Source: Priestia megaterium (GTDB lineage: Bacteria > Bacillota > Bacilli > Bacillales > Bacillaceae_H). From it: a stretch of DNA of 24,000 nucleotides. The notes beneath the pieces were generated by a model. That model ran no database searches, was not told the DNA's origin, and worked only from the letters and a program-made list of their open reading frames with translations. A program made the translations under genes and the position numbers. The stretch spans positions 14,951 through 38,950 of the forward strand of contig NZ_JBKIKC010000020.1 in NCBI RefSeq assembly GCF_046599315.1, written 5' to 3'. Position 1 is the first letter of the stretch. Each line of letters opens with the position of its first letter. This document shows, one piece after another, positions 1 through 9,028 of the stretch.

Positions 1-276
1 TTTATAACCTAGTGATGTACAAACACTTTCAATATGAAAGGCAAGTTCACCGAAAAACGGGTTACTTGAATTGGGTATAATTAACCCTATTAAATTTGTT
101 TTTTTATGAAATAACGAACGTGCTAAATCGTTTGGAAAATAGTTAATTTCCTCCATTGCTTTATAAACTTTATCCTTTGTTTTCTCACTTATGTAACCTC
201 GATTATTTAAGACACGTGAAACTGTTGTTGATGAAACTCCTGCAACCTTTGCTACGTCATGGATATTAGGTTTCAT
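1..276 (-). CDS. LacI/GalR-family transcriptional repressor, N-terminal 92 codons only (gene continues past the left edge)
   Basis: Reverse-complement translation from ATG at 276-274 gives MKPNIHDVAKVAGVSSTTVSRVLNNRGYISEKTKDKVYKAMEEINYFPNDLARSL..., the classic LacI HTH. SD GGAGGAAAG lies just upstream (about 279-288 on the plus strand). It is divergent from the sugar operon. Confidence 0.85.
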   Translation of the reverse strand, partial: MKPNIHDVAKVAGVSSTTVSRVLNNRGYISEKTKDKVYKAMEEINYFPNDLARSLFHKKTNLIGLIIPNSSNPFFGELAFHIESVCTSLGYK

Positions 277-727
277 TATCTTTCCTCCTATCCCACTAAA
301 TATCACTTGTTAATATTATATTAGGATTTTTTATCTTTATTATTTAAATAAACTTTTATATTTTTTAGTCCCATAAGAATTTTTTGATTAGGTTAGGGAA
401 ATAGCTTGTTGAACATTAGATAGACACTTTATAACAATTAAAATTAATTCCTCCTTTGATAGCTTTACAATTTCCTGATTAATAAAAATTTCATATTGTG
501 AAATAGTTCATTTCGAGGAACACTTTAATTAATTAAAGTTTATTTGTTACGGACTTATTGTAGAAAATATCTCTAACATGTGCAAGAATTAGGGGTTAAT
601 TAATATTAGCTTATATCGAATAGACATTAACTTTTATTGTGAACGAGATATGGATAATACATATATTCTAATATATTATACCTCCGTTTTAAGGATAGGA
701 GCGAAAAGTTTGATATTTCAAAAAAAA

Positions 728-768
728 TATGTCAACCGATTGACATATGTAAACGGTTGACATAAAAT
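728..768 (+). promoter_or_regulatory. Sigma-A-type promoter (TTGACA 740-745, 17 bp, TAAAAT 763-768) overlapped by two LacI-type palindromic operators
   Basis: Read directly. TGTCAACCGATTGACA (729-744, 14/16 self-complementary) contains the -35. TGTAAACGGTTGACA (748-762) fills the spacer. Position is about 65 nt upstream of the ABC binding-protein gene. Confidence 0.6.
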
Positions 769-774
769 ACTCCT

Positions 775-788
775 TGAAAGCGCTTTTA
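775..788 (+). promoter_or_regulatory. cre-like (CcpA/HPr-Ser-P) box TGAAAGCGCTTTTA
   Basis: One mismatch to the cre consensus TGWAANCGNTNWCA. It lies just downstream of the predicted -10. Confidence 0.45.
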
Positions 789-831
789 TATATTTATTGT
801 GATTAAGGATAAATAAGGGGGACTGGAACGT

Positions 832-2133
832 ATGAAGAAATGGTTTTTAGTAGGTATATCTTTATTACTAATTCTTGCTGTAGCAGGCTGTAGCAAGGGT
901 AAAAGCGTAAGTAGTGACGGCAAACAAATGATTACAATGTGGGTACATGTATCAGATGATAGTGAAGAAGGTAAGGTTTATAAAAAACGAGTAGATACTT
1001 TTAACAAGAAGTATGCATCTAAAAATGTTAAAGCTAAAATTGAATTTATTCCACGTAGTGGGAACGGCGGGGGGTATGAGGATAAAGTGAACGCAGCGTT
1101 GACAACTGATACATTACCCGATGTTATTACATTAGATGGTCCAAATACAGCTGCTTATGCAAAATCTGGCATCATTGCCCCACTAGATGATTACGTGAAA
1201 GATCAAGATGATTTACTACCAAGTATTAAGCAACAAGGAACATACAAAGACAAATTGTATGCGATTGGTGCGAGTGAATCGTCCGTGGGAATTTACTACA
1301 ATAAAAAAATGCTACAAGAGGCAGGCGTTGATTTAAATACGTTACCGACAGTTGATAATCCTTGGACATGGGATCAGTTTATGTCCCTATGTAAAACGTT
1401 GAAAGAAAAATATAATAAACCGGCTATTGATATGCAATTACAATCAAAAGATGAAATGTTAACGTATGCACTAACGCCATTTGTATGGTCTGCAGGCGGA
1501 GAAATTATTTCGAAAGACGGTACTAAAGCAGAAGGTGTATTTAATAAAAAGCCTAGTATTGAAGCCATGACTTTTATTCAAACGATGTTAAAAGAAGGTT
1601 ATACAACGCGTACTCCGGTCAAACAAGCTTTTGAAACAGAAAAGTACCCAATGAAGTTTAGTGGTGTATGGACAGTGACGGATATGAAAACAAATTTTCA
1701 AAAAGTCGATTATGGTGTTATGCCTTATCCAGTATCACCAAAGACAAAGAAACTGGTTTCACCTTCAGGAAGTTGGCAGTTTGCAATGACACAGAAATCT
1801 GAAAATAAAGAATGGTCTGCTAAACTAGTAGATTGGATGACAAATAAAGATTCGAATTTAGAATTAAGTCGTACAATTGCAGCACTACCAGTTCGTTACT
1901 CTTCTGAAAAAGTACTTACAAAAGAATTTTCTGATCAAATGAATGTGTTTATGAAGCAATTAGAGGAATCAGGACACGCACGACCAGTAACACCAGCATA
2001 TCCACAAGTAACACGTGCTTTCCAGCAAACAATTGATGATATCAGTTTCTATGATCAAAACAAAAACATTAAAAAAGTCTTAGATACACGTGCTACAGAA
2101 ATGCAAGCAGCTATCGATAAGGCTAATCGATAA
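832..2133 (+). CDS. Sugar ABC transporter substrate-binding lipoprotein (family 1 SBP)
   Basis: 433 aa. Lipoprotein signal with lipobox LAVAGC. SD AAGGGGGA upstream. Followed by two MalF/MalG-type permeases. Confidence 0.9.
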   Translation: MKKWFLVGISLLLILAVAGCSKGKSVSSDGKQMITMWVHVSDDSEEGKVYKKRVDTFNKKYASKNVKAKIEFIPRSGNGGGYEDKVNAALTTDTLPDVITLDGPNTAAYAKSGIIAPLDDYVKDQDDLLPSIKQQGTYKDKLYAIGASESSVGIYYNKKMLQEAGVDLNTLPTVDNPWTWDQFMSLCKTLKEKYNKPAIDMQLQSKDEMLTYALTPFVWSAGGEIISKDGTKAEGVFNKKPSIEAMTFIQTMLKEGYTTRTPVKQAFETEKYPMKFSGVWTVTDMKTNFQKVDYGVMPYPVSPKTKKLVSPSGSWQFAMTQKSENKEWSAKLVDWMTNKDSNLELSRTIAALPVRYSSEKVLTKEFSDQMNVFMKQLEESGHARPVTPAYPQVTRAFQQTIDDISFYDQNKNIKKVLDTRATEMQAAIDKANR

Positions 2134-2158
2134 AAGCAGCTAGCTAGAAGGAGGCATT

Positions 2159-3103
2159 ATGATTAAAACTGGATTAAAAGGAAGTAAGACTGTTTACACA
2201 TTCCCAGGAACAGAAAAAGAGACTAAAAATAGAATTAAATGGAGAGAAAATGTAGTAGCTTATACATTTTTAGGACCGGCACTATTACTTTTATCGCTGT
2301 TTCTTATTATTCCAGCTATTATGTCCGTCTACTATGCATTTACAGATTATTATCTTTTAACACCCGATACGCGCAGATTCGTAGGATTAGACAACTTTAT
2401 TAATTTATTTAAGGATCCTATTTTCTTGAAAAGTCTGGTGAATACACTGAAATTTGTCATTTGGGTAATTCCTTTACAGATAGGGGCAGCTCTTGGGCTG
2501 GCCCTCCTGTTAAACAAACAACGTAAAGCTAACACATTTTTTAAAGTGGCTTACTTTAGTCCTGTAGTAATGTCGCTCGTTGTTATCTCAGTTCTTTGGC
2601 TTTATTTGTTAAATCCAAATGAAGGAATTATCAACAATGTACTCACTTATTTTGGTGTTTCAGCTCAACCGTTCTTAACAAGCCCTAAACAGGCTATGTT
2701 TACAATTGTTTTTGTTTCAGCATGGCAGGGAGCTGGCTTTCAAATGTTAATTTTTCTAGCAGGTTTGCAAAATATACCTGGAGACGTCTACGAAGCTGCA
2801 CAACTAGATGGAATGAATAAATGGCAACGATTTATTCATATTACGTTACCATTATTAAAGCCAACCTCTATTTTTATATTTATTACGACATTAATTGGTG
2901 CGTTTAAGCTATTAGTCCAACCAATGGTTATGACACAAGGAGGCCCAGTCAACTCCACGATGACGGTTGTATATTACATTTATCAAACTGGCTTTACGGA
3001 TCGAATGGTTGGATACGCTAGTTCGATTGCCCTTCTATTTGGAACAATTATTGGGTTAGTTACGCTAGCGCAACGGAAATTAGTAAAGGAGGAAGATGAC
3101 TAA
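2159..3103 (+). CDS. Sugar ABC transporter permease (MalF/UgpA-like)
   Basis: 314 aa, polytopic. EAA loop EAAQLDGMNKWQRFIHITLPLLKP. SD AGGAGG 5 nt (spacer CATT) upstream of the ATG. Confidence 0.9.
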   Translation: MIKTGLKGSKTVYTFPGTEKETKNRIKWRENVVAYTFLGPALLLLSLFLIIPAIMSVYYAFTDYYLLTPDTRRFVGLDNFINLFKDPIFLKSLVNTLKFVIWVIPLQIGAALGLALLLNKQRKANTFFKVAYFSPVVMSLVVISVLWLYLLNPNEGIINNVLTYFGVSAQPFLTSPKQAMFTIVFVSAWQGAGFQMLIFLAGLQNIPGDVYEAAQLDGMNKWQRFIHITLPLLKPTSIFIFITTLIGAFKLLVQPMVMTQGGPVNSTMTVVYYIYQTGFTDRMVGYASSIALLFGTIIGLVTLAQRKLVKEEDD

Positions 3104-3951
3104 TGAGACGAAAATTCGGTCCTTTAACAACCCTAGAGTACATTTGTTTAGTTTTACTAGCCGTATTATTTATATTCCCGTTATTTTGGATGATTGCATC
3201 TTCAATGAAACCTGAAGCAGAAGTTTATAAAAACATGAACAGTATCAAAGCATTCCTACCTTCCTTTCATCCATCAGATTGGTTTATATCCTATAAGCAA
3301 GTTCTGTCACGCTTTCATTTACTTGGTTATATGATAAACAGCTTGTTTTATGGTTTATGTGTAGCAGCAGGTTCTGTCATTATCAATGGGATGGCAGGTT
3401 ATGCGTTCGCTAAATTGAATTTTAATGGAAAAAGAGTGTTGTTTGGTCTTTTATTGGCTCTTTTAATCGTACCGCTGGAAACAATCTTAATCTCACAATT
3501 TACTATAGTTCACAAACTGGGATTAGTAGACACTCGTCTTGCTGTAATTCTGCCAGCCTTAGCAGGGGCATTCAATATTTATTTATTCCGAAACTTTTTC
3601 ATGTCTATTCCAGCAGAGATTATTGAATCAGCCAAATTGGATGGAGCAAATACCTGGCAAATATTCTTGAGAATTATGCTACCCATGTCTAAACCAGCTG
3701 TTGCTACAGTAGGAACTTTAGCTTTTATCGGAAGTTGGAATGATTATATTTGGCCTTTAATGGTTTTAACAGACAAGTCAAAATTTCCGATTCAAGTGGC
3801 AATTACAGCTATCAATAGTACGGATCCAGTTTACACGAATCAAGTTATGGCTGTTTTAACAATATCCACCATCCCATTAATTCTTATCTATATAGTGGCT
3901 CAGCGTTATATTTTAGAAGGGATTGGTGGTTCAGGAACAGGTATTAAATAA
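3103..3951 (+). CDS. Sugar ABC transporter permease (MalG/UgpE-like)
   Basis: 282 aa. EAA loop ESAKLDGANTWQIFLRIMLPMSKPA. Its ATG overlaps the upstream TAA by 1 nt (TAATG), which indicates translational coupling. Confidence 0.9.
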   Translation: MRRKFGPLTTLEYICLVLLAVLFIFPLFWMIASSMKPEAEVYKNMNSIKAFLPSFHPSDWFISYKQVLSRFHLLGYMINSLFYGLCVAAGSVIINGMAGYAFAKLNFNGKRVLFGLLLALLIVPLETILISQFTIVHKLGLVDTRLAVILPALAGAFNIYLFRNFFMSIPAEIIESAKLDGANTWQIFLRIMLPMSKPAVATVGTLAFIGSWNDYIWPLMVLTDKSKFPIQVAITAINSTDPVYTNQVMAVLTISTIPLILIYIVAQRYILEGIGGSGTGIK

Positions 3952-4011
3952 GAAAAAATTAGGTTATTCCTGCGTAAACACTACCTATGTATGGGTAATT
4001 TTTAAACCGGG

Positions 4012-4064
4012 TGTCAACCGGTTGACATAAAAATATTGACATGTGAAACCGGTTGACATAAAAT
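4012..4064 (+). promoter_or_regulatory. Second copy of the promoter/operator cassette: perfect 16-bp palindrome, then TTGACA 4036-4041, 17 bp, TAAAAT 4059-4064, with an operator in the spacer
   Basis: TGTCAACCGGTTGACA (4012-4027) is 16/16 self-complementary. GTGAAACCGGTTGACA (4043-4058) fills the spacer. The string GGTTGACATAAAATA is shared verbatim with the 728-768 cassette. Confidence 0.6.
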
Positions 4065-4069
4065 AATTA

Positions 4070-4083
4070 CGAAAGTGCTTTCA
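4070..4083 (+). promoter_or_regulatory. Weaker cre-like box CGAAAGTGCTTTCA
   Basis: Two mismatches to the cre consensus. It sits at the same place relative to the -10 as the 775-788 box. Confidence 0.3.
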
Positions 4084-4130
4084 TATCAAAAATTACTATT
4101 CTACATCACTAGCTAAAGGGGCAATTTAAT

Positions 4131-5372
4131 GTGAAAGGTTCAAAAAGTCTATATTGGAAGTTAAGTGCATATTTCTTCTTTTTCTTTTTTACTTGGTCTG
4201 CTAGTTACTCTTTATTTTCTATCTGGTTAGGTCAAGAAATAAAATTAAATGGTTCAGAAACAGGTTTAATCTTTTCTGTAAACGCTATCTTTGCCTTATG
4301 TATGCAGCCCTTGTATGGTTACATTTCTGACAAGATAGGTTTAAAGAAAAATATCTTATTTTTTATCAGTTTATTACTTATATTTGTAGGACCCTTTTAT
4401 ATTTTTATTTATGGACCGTTATTACAATACAATGTCTTTTTAGGCGCAGTTATCGGAGGACTATATTTAGGAGTAGCTTTTTTAGCTGGTATCGGAGCTA
4501 TTGAATCTTACATTGAAAAGGTTAGTCGTAAATATAAGTTTGAGTACGGCAAATCAAGAATGTGGGGATCATTAGGATGGGCAGCAGCTACATTTTTTGC
4601 AGGCCAGCTATTTAATATCAACCCACATATTAATTTTTGGGTAGCATCTGTTTCAGCTATCATATTGGTAACAATAATTATGTCCGTAAAAATAGATATG
4701 ACAGATTACGAGATGGAGAAAGCCGATTCTGTTACATTAAAAGACGTTGGACGACTTTTTCTATTAAAAGATTTTTGGTTTTTGATGATGTATGTCATGG
4801 GAGTGACATGTGTTTATAGCGTTTATGATCAACAATTCCCAATTTATTATGCATCCTTATTTCCAAATGAAGCTCTAGGTAATCAAGTATTTGGATATTT
4901 AAACTCTTTCCAAGTATTTTTAGAGGCTGGGATGATGTTTCTTGCCCCGTTTGTAGTAAACAAACTTGGTGCAAAGAATAGTTTAATTTTAGCAGGACTT
5001 CTAATGGCCTTTCGAATTATTGGGTCTGGACTTGTAATTGGCCCAATTGGCATTTCATCTATGAAATTAATTCATGCACTTGAATTACCGATTATGTTGA
5101 TTGCTATTTTCAAGTATTTAGCAGCGAATTTTGATACAAGACTATCTTCTGTATTATATTTAGTGGGTTTTCAATTTGTCTCTCAAGTAGGTGCATCTAT
5201 TCTTTCACCAATCGCAGGTGGATTATACGATAGTGTAGGTTTTCGTCATACCTACATCATCATGGGAATCATGGTTTTGTGTTTTACAATCATTTCAATT
5301 TTTACGTTGTTAAATTCAAAAAATGGCATAGGTTCGCGAGTCAAGGCAGAAAAGATACAAAAAGTTATCTAG
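4131..5372 (+). CDS. LacY-family oligosaccharide:H+ symporter (CscB/RafB-like sucrose or oligosaccharide permease)
   Basis: 413 aa, 12-TM-like. KFEYGKSRMWGSLGWA resembles the LacY FEFGRARMFGCVGWA loop. GTG start with SD AAAGGGG upstream. Confidence 0.85.
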   Translation: MKGSKSLYWKLSAYFFFFFFTWSASYSLFSIWLGQEIKLNGSETGLIFSVNAIFALCMQPLYGYISDKIGLKKNILFFISLLLIFVGPFYIFIYGPLLQYNVFLGAVIGGLYLGVAFLAGIGAIESYIEKVSRKYKFEYGKSRMWGSLGWAAATFFAGQLFNINPHINFWVASVSAIILVTIIMSVKIDMTDYEMEKADSVTLKDVGRLFLLKDFWFLMMYVMGVTCVYSVYDQQFPIYYASLFPNEALGNQVFGYLNSFQVFLEAGMMFLAPFVVNKLGAKNSLILAGLLMAFRIIGSGLVIGPIGISSMKLIHALELPIMLIAIFKYLAANFDTRLSSVLYLVGFQFVSQVGASILSPIAGGLYDSVGFRHTYIIMGIMVLCFTIISIFTLLNSKNGIGSRVKAEKIQKVI

Positions 5373-5384
5373 GAGGATATTAGG

Positions 5385-6857
5385 ATGTTAACAGTAAACA
5401 GAATTCAGCAAGCAGAAGAGGCACTAAAGAATACAAAAGAAAGAATGAGTAATCGTTATCGACTAGGTTATCATATCATGGCACCGGCGAACTGGATCAA
5501 TGATCCAAATGGGTTAGTACAGTATAAAGGGGAATACCACGTATTTTATCAGCACCACCCATATGATGAAAATTGGGGACCGATGCATTGGGGGCACGTA
5601 AAAAGTAAGGATCTTGTTCATTGGGAGCACCTTCCTGTTGCCTTAGCTCCTGGAGATGTTTGTGATACAGATGGATGTTTCTCGGGAAGTGCCGTCGATA
5701 ATAATGGAGAACTAACTTTAATCTATACGGGACATCATTATACCGATAAAGAAAAGGACCTTTTCTATCAAAATCAAAATATTGCGGTCAGTACCGATGG
5801 CACTACATTCGAAAAAGTTGGAGAGAATCCAGTTATTGCCCAACCACCAGCAGATAGTGCCCATCATTTTCGTGATCCAAAGGTATGGAAACATAACGAC
5901 GTTTGGTATATGGTTTTAGGAAATTCAACTAAGGATAATATTGGACGAGTTATTCTATATCGTTCTTCTAATCTACGTGAATGGGAGTACATTGGTGTCC
6001 TTGCGCAAAGTGATGGAACTCTTGGATACATGTGGGAATGCCCAGACTTCTTTGAATTAGATGGAAAGTATGTCCTCATGATTTCTCCACAAGGGATTCA
6101 TAAAGATGGAGATTTATATAATAACTTATTTCAGACAGGTTATTTCATTGGAGATTATAATTACGAAACCAACGAGTTTGTACATGGGGCATTTACTGAG
6201 TTAGATAATGGACATGACTTTTACGCGGTTCAAACATTATTAGATGAGAAAGGTCGTCGGATTGCGATTGGTTGGATGGACATGTGGGAGTCCAATATGC
6301 CAACAAAAGCAGATGGATGGTGTGGAGCACTTACATTGCCACGTGAAGTTACCCTAGGAGAAAATAATGAAATTTTAATGAATCCGGTTGAAGAGTTACG
6401 TTTATTACGTGGGATTGAACATAATGCACTTACGAATCAAGTGGTTTCCGAGAATCATTTAATAGAAACAAACGAGGATTTACTTGAAATAAAAGCTGTA
6501 TTTGACTTAACCAATTGTAACTCTCAATCTGTAGGTTTAAGGGTTCGTGGAATTAATAAGGAAGAAACAGTATTAACGTATCACTTAGACAAGCATAAAT
6601 TGACAATTGATTGTTCTAAGTCAGGTAAGGTAGAAGATGGAGTCAGAAATGCTATCCTTAGAACAAACAAAGAGCTTTCGCTACGTATATTTATTGATCG
6701 ATCTTCTATTGAAGTATTTGCAAATGAAGGACAAGCAACTATGACAAGTCGTATTTATCCAACTGAAGATAGATTAGGCATTGAGGTGTTTGCAGATGTT
6801 GGGGATGTAAGAATTAAGGAATTAACATATTGGAAGTTAAAAGATATCTGGAAATAA
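5385..6857 (+). CDS. GH32 beta-fructofuranosidase (sucrose / sucrose-6-P hydrolase, intracellular)
   Basis: 490 aa, no signal peptide. GH32 catalytic motifs WINDPNG, FRDP and WECPD are present. SD AGGAGG upstream. Confidence 0.9.
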   Translation: MLTVNRIQQAEEALKNTKERMSNRYRLGYHIMAPANWINDPNGLVQYKGEYHVFYQHHPYDENWGPMHWGHVKSKDLVHWEHLPVALAPGDVCDTDGCFSGSAVDNNGELTLIYTGHHYTDKEKDLFYQNQNIAVSTDGTTFEKVGENPVIAQPPADSAHHFRDPKVWKHNDVWYMVLGNSTKDNIGRVILYRSSNLREWEYIGVLAQSDGTLGYMWECPDFFELDGKYVLMISPQGIHKDGDLYNNLFQTGYFIGDYNYETNEFVHGAFTELDNGHDFYAVQTLLDEKGRRIAIGWMDMWESNMPTKADGWCGALTLPREVTLGENNEILMNPVEELRLLRGIEHNALTNQVVSENHLIETNEDLLEIKAVFDLTNCNSQSVGLRVRGINKEETVLTYHLDKHKLTIDCSKSGKVEDGVRNAILRTNKELSLRIFIDRSSIEVFANEGQATMTSRIYPTEDRLGIEVFADVGDVRIKELTYWKLKDIWK

Positions 6858-6864
6858 ATTATGA

Positions 6865-6900
6865 ATGAACAAGTGTTTGTACACTTGTTCATTGTTTTGG
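6865..6900 (+). terminator. Rho-independent terminator/attenuator between the GH32 and fructokinase genes
   Basis: Perfect 13-bp stem AATGAACAAGTGT (6865-6877) / ACACTTGTTCATT (6881-6893) with loop TTG, followed by GTTTTGG. Confidence 0.6.
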
Positions 6901-6901
6901 G

Positions 6902-7900
6902 GTGAAGATGTTGAAAAGAGTTTTTTGTATTGGTGAAACATTAATTGATTTTATTCCTGTTCAAAAAGAAAAATCTTTAAAAGAAGTTACTAGTTTTGAA
7001 CGTGTGGCTGGGGGGGCTCCTATGAACGTTGCAATTGCGATTGCAAAATACGGAGGAAATTCTGTTATGCTGACGAAAATAGCTAATGATAGCTTCGGTG
7101 ATTATTTAGTAGATGTGCTAGCAGGAAATGGGGTAGATACTTCCTACATTATTCGATGTAATGAAGGAGAGACCGGTTTGGCATTCGTATCTGTAGATAA
7201 ATTGGGAGATAGGGACTTCAGTTTTTACAGAAAGAATTCAGCTGACTTATTACTCTTACCAAACGAGGTGAAAGTAGGGTGGTTTGATAAGGGAGACCTT
7301 CTTCATTTTTGTTCTGTAGATTTAGTCGAAAGTCCAATGAAACAAACTCATATAAAAGTAATAGATAGTTTTCAAAAAATAGGGGGGATTGTCAGTTTTG
7401 ATCCTAATGTTCGTCTTCCCTTATGGCCTGATAAAGAAATCTGTCGTCGAACAATTCTAGAATTTTTACCTTTAGCAGATATTGTGAAAGTATCGGATGA
7501 AGAATTATTTTTTATAACCAATATTAAGGGAGAAAGAGAAGCCATTAACTCTCTTTTTGTTGGCAATGTAAAAGTAGTAGTTTATACAAAAGGAAAAGAT
7601 GGAGCTATTATTTATTTGAAAAATGGAGAACAATTTGAGGATAAAGGATTTAGAGTAACTGTTTCAGATACAACCGGGGCAGGTGATGCGTTTATAGGTG
7701 GTTTTTTATATCAATTGCTTTCAATTGATATATCGAGCGAAAATCTATGTCAAAAAGTGAGTGAACACCATCAACAATTGCTTACCTTTGCTAATGCAAG
7801 TGGGGCACTTACTGCTTCAGTAAAAGGAGCGATCCACGCAGCACCTGGAAAACAACATATAATGAATTTTATTGCTACTCAAAGAGGCAGATTAACTTAA
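6902..7900 (+). CDS. PfkB-family fructokinase
   Basis: 332 aa. N-terminal CIGETLIDF, and the GAGDAF motif near the C-terminus. The start is either GTG 6902 or, more likely, ATG 6908 (GGGGTGA SD-like sequence at 6899-6905). Confidence 0.9.
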   Translation: MKMLKRVFCIGETLIDFIPVQKEKSLKEVTSFERVAGGAPMNVAIAIAKYGGNSVMLTKIANDSFGDYLVDVLAGNGVDTSYIIRCNEGETGLAFVSVDKLGDRDFSFYRKNSADLLLLPNEVKVGWFDKGDLLHFCSVDLVESPMKQTHIKVIDSFQKIGGIVSFDPNVRLPLWPDKEICRRTILEFLPLADIVKVSDEELFFITNIKGEREAINSLFVGNVKVVVYTKGKDGAIIYLKNGEQFEDKGFRVTVSDTTGAGDAFIGGFLYQLLSIDISSENLCQKVSEHHQQLLTFANASGALTASVKGAIHAAPGKQHIMNFIATQRGRLT

Positions 7901-7976
7901 GAAAATATGTATTTATAATTGGGAATTAGTTTGGAATTCACAATATAAGTAAGGGTTAAAAGAAAGGATTTAAATA

Positions 7977-8536
7977 ATGAGGACTGAAAAAGAAAAGATG
8001 TTAGGTGGAGAAATGTATAATCCTGCAGACGCACAATTAAGAAAGGATCAAGAACATGCTAGAAGGCAGGTTAGGATATATAATGAAACTTTAGAGAGTG
8101 AAGGGAATAAGCGTATAAAATTATTAAAAGGTTTATTCGGTTCTACTGGGGAAAACGTATATGTTGAACCGAATATTAGAGTTGACTATGGCTATAACAT
8201 ATTTGTTGGCGAAAACTTTTTTGCAAACTTTGATTGTGTCATCCTAGACATTTGTGAAGTGAGATTTGGAGATAATTGTTTACTTGGTCCTGGTGTACAT
8301 ATCTATACAGCAACTCATCCAATTGACCCGAATGAACGAAATTCAGGAAAGGAATACGCAAAACCAATTATTTTGGAGATAATGTATGGATTGGTGGAAG
8401 TGCAGTGATAAATCCAGGAGTGACGATAGGAGACAATGTTGTTATTGCATCTGGCTCAGTAGTGACTAAAGACGTACCTAACAATGTAGTGGTAGGTGGG
8501 AATCCAGCAAAAATTATTAAAAAAATTAGAAATTAA
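7977..8536 (+). pseudogene. Maltose/galactoside O-acetyltransferase (Maa/LacA, hexapeptide-repeat), disrupted by a 1-nt frameshift
   Basis: Frame 0 gives the Mac domain plus hexapeptide repeats up to ...SGKEYAKPI, then stops at 8408. The -1 frame from about 8372 reads [54 protein letters not shown], with a stop at 8534-8536. The break is at the T4 run 8371-8374. Confidence 0.8.
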
Positions 8537-8610
8537 GGATATAAGAATATTTCACTAAATTTTAGTAACAGTACTCTAAATGAAATTTGAATTTCTAACT
8601 TATTAGTTAA

Positions 8611-8904
8611 TTGGTGATTAAATTGGATATATGGATGGGGAAAATTAGAGATTATAATCATTTTGGTCATTATTTAGGGACCTATCAAGCAATTATAGAG
8701 AAACAGGATAAGATGCTTTATAAGATGACATTATCGTTTAATCCAGTATATACGCTAAAAAAGCGAGATAAAAATAATCATTTAAAAGGTAAAATATTGT
8801 ATAGTTCAAGTGTAGAGGTACTTAAAAGAAAATTTAGAAATAAAATCCCTCTTTTAAAGAAACAAACGAAAGTAGTATGGATAAAAAGAGGGTTAAATAT
8901 TTAA
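8611..8904 (+). CDS. Hypothetical basic protein (doubtful ORF)
   Basis: 97 codons with a TTG start and no recognisable SD. No motif recognised. Confidence 0.2.
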   Translation: MVIKLDIWMGKIRDYNHFGHYLGTYQAIIEKQDKMLYKMTLSFNPVYTLKKRDKNNHLKGKILYSSSVEVLKRKFRNKIPLLKKQTKVVWIKRGLNI

Positions 8905-9028
8905 TTTCTTCAAATGAAAGGTCATGATGGGAAGAAATCTTGCTTGTAAAGCTAGTTTTATTGGTCCCGGTGTAAGCCAACCCATGATTATGCATTTTAA
9001 GTATATACAGAGTAAAATAACTTAGAAA

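Noticed and set aside
496-515. Rex/Fnr-like box ATTGTGAA-ATAG-TTCATTTC in the lacI/ABC intergenic region.
   Set aside because: Only the left half-site matches TTGTGAA-N4-TTCACAA. The right half has 4 of 7 matches, and nothing in the locus suggests redox control.
522-539. 18-bp perfect palindrome ACTTTAATTAATTAAAGT in the 556-bp lacI/ABC intergenic region.
   Set aside because: It consists almost entirely of A and T in very AT-rich DNA. TTAATTAA-type palindromes arise easily by chance, and no second copy or positional logic was found.
1374-1568. Short ORFs antisense to, or nested in, clear genes: 1374-1568, 2350-2535, 4637-4819, 5864-6079, 7372-7566, 9616-10062, 12426-12689, 14924-15394, 15215-15472, 18662-18871, 19545-19757 and 22970-23155.
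   Set aside because: Each lies wholly or largely inside or opposite a gene with strong family motifs. They lack SD sequences and give low-complexity or proline/serine-rich translations typical of shadow frames.
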